A stretch of 64,000 nucleotides of DNA from Eledone cirrhosa (lineage: Eukaryota): NCBI GenBank assembly GCA_964016885.1, contig OZ024760.1, positions 29,946,001 to 30,010,000 of the forward strand, written 5' to 3'. Below, in pieces: positions 57,331 through 64,000 of the stretch (position 1 is its first letter; each line of letters begins with the position of its first letter). The translations under genes were made by a program, and so were the position numbers. The notes beneath the pieces were generated by a model. The model saw only the letters and a list, made by a program, of their open reading frames with translations, was not told where the DNA came from and searched no databases.

Positions 57331-60300
57331 TGTAATATAATGTAATGTAATGTAATGTAATGTAATGTGTAATGTAATGTAATTTAACGTAATGTGTAAT
57401 GTAATGTAATGTAATGTAATGTGTAATGTAATGTAATGTAATGTTTAATGTAATGTAATGTAATATAATGTAATGTGTAATATAATGTAATGTAATGTAA
57501 TGTAATGTAATATAATATAATGTGTAATGTAATGTAATGTAATGTAATGTAATGTAATGTAATGTAATGTAATGCAATGTGTAATGTAATGTAATGTAAT
57601 GTAATGTAATGTAATGTGTAATGTAATGTAATGTAATATGTAATGTGTAATGTAATGTAATGTAATGTAATGTAATGTAACGTAATGTGTAATTTAATGT
57701 AATGTAATGTAATGTGTAATGTAATGTAATGTAATGAAATGTGTAATGTAATGTAATGTAATGTTTAATGTAATGTAATGTAATGTAATGTAATGTAATG
57801 TGTAATGTAATGTAATGTAATGTAATGTGTAATGTAATGTAATGTAATGTGTAAAGTAATGTAATGTAATGTAATGTAATGTAATGTAATGTGTAATGTG
57901 TAATGTAATTTAATGTAATGTAATGTAATGTAATGTAACGTAATGTGTAATGTAATGTAATATAATGTAATGTAATGTAATGTAATGTGTAATGTAATGT
58001 AATGTAATGTAATGTAATGTGTAATGTAATGTAATGTAATGTAATGTAATGTGTAATGCAATGTAATGTAATGTAATGTAATGTAATGTAATGTAATGTA
58101 ATGTAATGTAATGTAATGTAATGTAGTGCAATGTAGTGTAATGTGAAATGTAATGTAATGTAATGTGTAATGTAATTTAATGTAATGTAATGTAATGTAA
58201 TGTAATTTAATGTAATGTAATGTAAGGTAATGTAATATGTAACGTAATGTAATGTAATGTAATTTAATGTAATGTCTAATGTAATGTAATGTAATGTAAT
58301 GTAATGTGTAATGTAATGTAATGTAATGTAATGTGTAATGTAATGTAATGTAATGTAATGTGTCATGTAGTGTAATGTAATGTAACGTAATATGTAATGT
58401 AATGTAATGTGTAATGTAGTGTAATGTAATTTAATGTAAAGTAATGTAATGCAATGCAATGTAATGTAATGTAATGTAAAGTATTGTAATGTGTAATGTG
58501 TAATGTGTAATGTAATGTAATGTAATGTAATGTGTAATGTAATGTAATGTAATGTAGTGTAACGTGTAATGTAATGTAACGTGTAGTGTAATGTAATGTA
58601 ATGTAATGTAATGTAATGTGTAATGTAATGTCATGTAATGTAAAGTAATGTGTAATGTAATGTAATGTAATGTGTAATGTAATGTAATGTAATGTAATGT
58701 AATGTAATGTAATGTAATGTAATGTATAATGTAATGTAATGTAATGTAAAGTAATGTGTAATGGAAAGTATTGTAATGTGTAATGTGTAATGTATTGTAA
58801 TGTAATGTAATGTAATGTGTAATGTAATGTAATGTTTAATGTAATGTAATGTAATGTAATGTAATGTGTAATATAATGTAATGTAATGTAATGTAATGTA
58901 ATATAATATAATGTGTAATGTAATGTAATGTAATGTAATGTAATGTAATGTAATGCAATGTGTAATGTAATGTAATGTAATGTAATGTAATGTAATGTAA
59001 TGTGTAATGTAATGTAATGTAATATGTAATGTGTAATGTAATGTAATGTAATGTAATGTAACGTAATGTGTAATTTAATGTAATGTAATGTAATGTGTAA
59101 TGTAATGTAATGTAATGAAATGTGTAATGTAATGTAATGTAATGTTTAATGTAATGTAATGTAATGTAATGTGTAATGTAATGTAATGTAATGTAATGTA
59201 ATGTAATGTGTAATGTAATGTAATGTAATGTGTAAAGTAATGTAATGTAATGTAATGTAATGTAATGTAATGTAATGTAATGTGTAATGTGTAATGTAAT
59301 TTAATGTAATGTAATGTAATGTAATGTAATGTGTAATGTAATGTAATATAATGTAATGTAATGTAATGTAATGTAATGTAATGTGTAATGTAATGTAATG
59401 TAATGTAATGTAATGTAATGTGTAATGTAATGTAATGTAATGTAATGTAATGTGTAATGCAATGTAATGTAATGTAATGTAATGTAATGTAATGTAATGT
59501 AATGTAATGTAATGTAATGTAATGTAGTGCAATGTAGTGTAATGTGAAATGTAATGTAATGTAATGTGTAATGTAATTTAATGTAATGTAATGTAATGTA
59601 ATGTAATTTAATGTAATGTAATGTAATGTGTAATGTAATGTCATGTAATATAAAGTAATGTGTAATGTAATGTAATGTAATGTGTAATGTAATGTAATGT
59701 AATGTAATGTAATGTAATGTAATGTATAATGTAATGTAATGTAATGTAAAGTAATGTGTAATGGAAGGTATTGTAATGTGTAATGTGTAATGTAATGTAA
59801 TGTAATGTAATGTAATGTAATGTAATATGTAATGTAATGTAATGTAATGTAAAGTAATGTGTAATGTAATGTAATATAATGTAATGTAATGTAATGTAAA
59901 GTAATGTGTAATGTAATGTAATGTAATGTAATGTGTAATGTAATGTAATTTAATGTAGTGTAATGTATAATGTAATGTAATGTAATGTGTAATGTAATGT
60001 AATGTAATGTAATATAATGTAATGTAATGTAATGTAATGTAATGTAATGTGTAATGTAATGTAATGTAATGTGTAATGTAATTTAATATAATGTAATGTG
60101 TAATGTAATGTAATGTAATCTGTAATGTAATGTAATGTTATGTAATGTAATATATAATGTAATGTAATGTAATGTGAAATGTAATGTAATGTAATGTAAT
60201 GTAATGTGTAATGTGTAATGTAATGTAATGTAATGTAATGTGTAATGTAATGTAATGTAATGTAATGTAACGTAATGTAATGTAATATAATGTAATGTAA

Positions 60301-63300
60301 TGTGTAATGTAATGTAATGTAAAGTAATGTAATGTAATGTAATGTAATGTAATGTAATGTAATGTGTAATGTAATGTAATGTAATGTAACGTAATGTAAT
60401 GTGTAATGTAATGTAATGTAATGTGTAATGTAATGTAATGTAATGTAATGTAATGTAATGTGTACTGTAATGTAATGTAATGTAAAGTAATGTAATGTAA
60501 AGTAATGTAATGTGTAATGTAATGTAATGTAATGTAATGTAATGTAATGTGTAATGAAATGTAATGTAATGTAATGTAATGTAATGTAATGTAATGTGTA
60601 ATGTAATGTAATGTAATGTAATGTAATGTAATGTAATGTGTAATGTAATGTAATGTAATGTAATGTAATGTAATATAATGTAATGTAATGTAATGTAATG
60701 TAATGTAATGTGTAATGAAATGTAATGTAACGTAATGTGTAATATAATGTAATGTAATGTAATGTAATGTAATGTCATGTAATGTAATGTAATGTGTAAT
60801 GTAATGTAATGTAATGTAATGTGTAATGTAATGTAATGTAATGTAATGTAATGTTATGTTTAATGTAATGTAATGTAATGTAATATAATGTAATTTTTAA
60901 TGTAATGTAATGTAATGTAAAGTAATGTAATGTAATGTAATGTAATGTAATGTAGTGTGTAATGTAATGTAATGTAATGTAACGTAATGTAATGTGTAAT
61001 GTAATGTAATGTGTAATGTAATGTAATGTAATGTAATGTAATGTAATGTAATGTAATGTAATGTAATGTAACGTGTACTGTAATGTAATGTAATGTAAAG
61101 TAACGTAAAGTGTAATGTAATGTAATGTAACGTAATGTAATGTAATGTAATGTAATGTAATGTAATGTAATGTAATGTAATGTAATGTAATGTAATGTAA
61201 TGTAATGTAATGTAATGTAATGTAATGTAATGTTTAATGAAATGTAATGTAATGTAATGTAATGTAATGTAATGTAATGTGTAATGAAATGTAATGTAAT
61301 GTAATGTAACGTAATGTGTAATGTAATGTAATGTAATGTAATGTAACGTAATGTAATGTCATATAATGTAATGTAATGTGTAATGTGTAATGTAATGTAA
61401 TGTAATGTAATGTTTAATGTAATGTAATGTAATGTAATGTAATGTAATGTTATGTTTAATGTAATGTAATGTAATGTAATATAATGTAATTTTTAATGTA
61501 ATGTAATGTAATGTAATGTAATATAATCTAATGTGTAATGTAATGTAATGTAATGTAACGTAACGTAATGTAATGTTTAATGTAATGTAATGTAATGTAA
61601 TGTAATGTAATGAAATGTAATGTAACGTGTAATGTAATGTAATGTAATGTAATGTAATGTAACGTAATGTAATGTTTAATGTAATGTAATGTAATGAAAT
61701 GTAATGTAACGTGTAATGTAATGTAATGTAATGTAATGTAATGTAATGTGATGTAATGTAATGTAACGTAATGTAATGTACTGTGTAATGTAATGTAATG
61801 TAATGTGTAATGTAATGTAATGTCATGTAATGTAATGTGTAATGTAATGTAATGTAATGTGTAATGTAATGTAATGTTTAAAGTAACGTAATGTAACGTA
61901 ATGAAATGTAATGTAATGTGTAATATACTGTAATGTAATGTAATGTGTATTGTAATGTAATGTAACGTAATGTAATGTAATGTGTAATGTAATGTAATGT
62001 AATGTAATGTAATGTGTAATGTAATGTAATGTAATGTAATGTAATGTAATGTAATGTGTAATGTAATGTAATGTAATGTAATGTAATGTAATGTGTAATG
62101 TAATGTAATGTAATGTAATGTGTAATGTAATGTAACGTGTAATGTAATGTAATGTAATGTAATGTGTAATGTAATGTAATGTAATGTAGTGTAATGTATA
62201 ATGTAATGTAATGTAATGTGTAATGTAATGTAATGTAAAGTAATGTAATGTAATGTGTAATGTAATGTAATGTAATGTAATGTAATTTAATGTAATGTAA
62301 CGTAATGTAATGTGTAATGTAATGTAATGTAATATAATGTAATCTAAAGTAATGTAATTTAATGTAACGTGTAATGTAATGTAATGTAATGTAATGTAAT
62401 GTAATGTAATGTAATGTAATGTGTAATGTAATGTAATGTAACGTAATGTAATGTAATGTAATGTAATGTAATGTAATGTAATGTAATGTAATGTAATGTA
62501 ATGTAATGTAATGTGTAATGTGTAATGTAATGTAATATAATGTAATGTAATGTGTAATGTAATGTAATGTAATGTAATGTAATGTAACGTGTAATGAAAT
62601 GTAATGTAATGTAATGTAATGTGTAATGTAATGTAATGTAATATAATGTGTAATGTAATGTAATGTAATGTGTAATGTAATGTAATGCAATGTAATGTAA
62701 CGTAATGTGTATTGTAATGTAATGTTATGTAATGTAATGTATAATGTAATGTAATGTAATGTAATGTGTAACGTAATGTAATGTAATGTAATGTAATTTA
62801 CTGTAATGTCTAACGTAATGTAATGTAATGTAATGTAATGTAATGTAATGTGTAATGTAATGTAATGTAATGTAATGTAATGTGTAATGTAATGTAATGT
62901 AATATAATGTAATTTTTAATGTAATGTAATGTAATGTAATGTAATCTAATGTGTAATGTAATGTAATGTAATGTAATGTAACGTAATGTAATGTTTAATG
63001 AAATGTAATGTAATGTAATGTAATGTAATGAAATGTAATGTAACGTGTAATGTAATGTAATGTAATGTAATGTAATGTAATGTAACGTAATGTAATGTAC
63101 TGTGTAATGTAATGTAATGTAATGTGTAATGTAATGTAATGTAATGTAATGTAATGTGTAATGTAATGTAATGTAATGTGTAATGTAATGTTTAAAGTAA
63201 CGTAATGTAACGTAATGAAATGTAATGTAATGTGTAATATACTGTAATGTAATGTAATGTGTAATGTAATGTAATGTAATGTAATGTAATGCAATGTAAT

Positions 63301-64000
63301 GTAATGTAATGTGTATTGTAATGTAATGTTATGTAATGTGTAATGTAATGTAACGTAATATGTAATGTAATGTAACGCAATGTAATGTAATGTAATGTGT
63401 AATGTAGTGTAATGTAATTTAATGTAATGTAATGTAATGCAATGCAATGTAATGTAATGTAATGTAAAGTATTGTAATGTGTAATGTGTAATGTAATGTA
63501 ATGTAATGTAATGTAATGTGTAATGTAATGTAATGTAATGTGTAAAGTAATGTAATGTAATGTAATGTAATGTTAATGTAATGTGTAATGTGTAATGTGT
63601 AATGTAATTTAATGTAATGTAATGTAATGTAATGTAATGTAATGTAATGTAATGCGTAATGTAATGTAATATAATGTAATGTAATGTAATGTAATGTGTA
63701 ATGTAATGTAATGTAATGTAATGTAATGTAATGTGTAATGTAATGTAATGTAATGTAATGTAATGTGTAATGCAATGTAATGTAATGTAATGTAATGTAA
63801 TGTAATGTAATGTAATGTAATGTAATGTAATGTAATGTAATGTAATGTAGTGCAATGTAGTGTAATGTGAAATGTAATGTAATGTAATGTGTAATGTAAT
63901 TTAATGTAATGTAATGTAATGTAATGTAATTTAATGTAATGTAATGTAAGGTAATGTAATATGTAACGTAATGTAATGTAATGTAATTTAATGTAATGTC

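Larger units (their letters stand above)
36100..60200. repeat. Higher-order repeat domain C: ~1-2-kb modules with their own variant vocabulary
   Basis: The string GTCATGTAGTG...TAACGCAATG...(GCAAT)2-3...AAAGTATTG recurs at ~37085, 38173, 39964, 43088, 44747, 46631, 47905, 49244, 50890, 52775, 54043, and in variant form at ~55257 and 58362. GGAAAGTATTG and AATTATAAT were seen only in this domain. Confidence 0.8.
1..64000. repeat. Pentanucleotide satellite DNA (TAATG/CATTA)n with interspersed 7-bp (TAATGTG) and point-variant units
   Basis: TAATG is tandemly repeated across the entire window except for eight ~187-bp inserts. Recurrent variants include TAATGTG, TAACG, TAATA, TAAAG, TAATT, CAATG, TCATG and TAGTG. 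The array runs off both window ends. Confidence 0.99.

Noticed and set aside
601-63855. All listed ORFs (poly-HYITL peptides up to 780 aa, e.g. 16133..18475)
   Set aside because: (CATTA)n has no stop codon in any frame and gives HYITL in all three, whereas the + strand has TAA in every frame. The ORFs overlap in several frames and the frequent +2 shifts do not preserve frame.
1-64000. Canonical telomeric repeat
   Set aside because: TAATG lacks the G-run of TTAGGG/TTAGG. The kb-scale higher-order duplications of point variants indicate recombinational amplification rather than fresh telomerase addition.
1-64000. TAATG arising by CpG decay of an ancestral TAACG satellite
   Set aside because: TAACG is a common variant, but the reciprocal decay product TAACA is very rare (noticed only at ~14170, 15387, 55317), so the idea is not supported.

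Overview
The whole 64-kb window is a eukaryotic simple-sequence satellite array, (TAATG)n on + and (CATTA)n on -. It is about 20% GC and the + strand has almost no C. The array is interrupted mainly by a 7-bp variant (TAATGTG) and by point variants, and these reveal nested higher-order repeats of about 2, 4, 5-6.2 and 15 kb. The only complex sequence is eight near-identical 186-187-bp inserts, all on the - strand. Each has Pol III A and B boxes, a tRNA-like head and a body that, from memory, resembles octopus (cephalopod) tRNA-derived SINEs. All eight have the same junctions and share flanks, and they fall into three subtypes that follow the higher-order repeat domains. This points to one ancestral SINE amplified passively within the satellite, with its 3' end running directly into the (ATTAC)n array. 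All ORFs in the track (poly-HYITL) are artefacts of the stop-free (CATTA)n strand, and no protein-coding gene is supported. All coordinates and offsets were read by eye, not computed by alignment.
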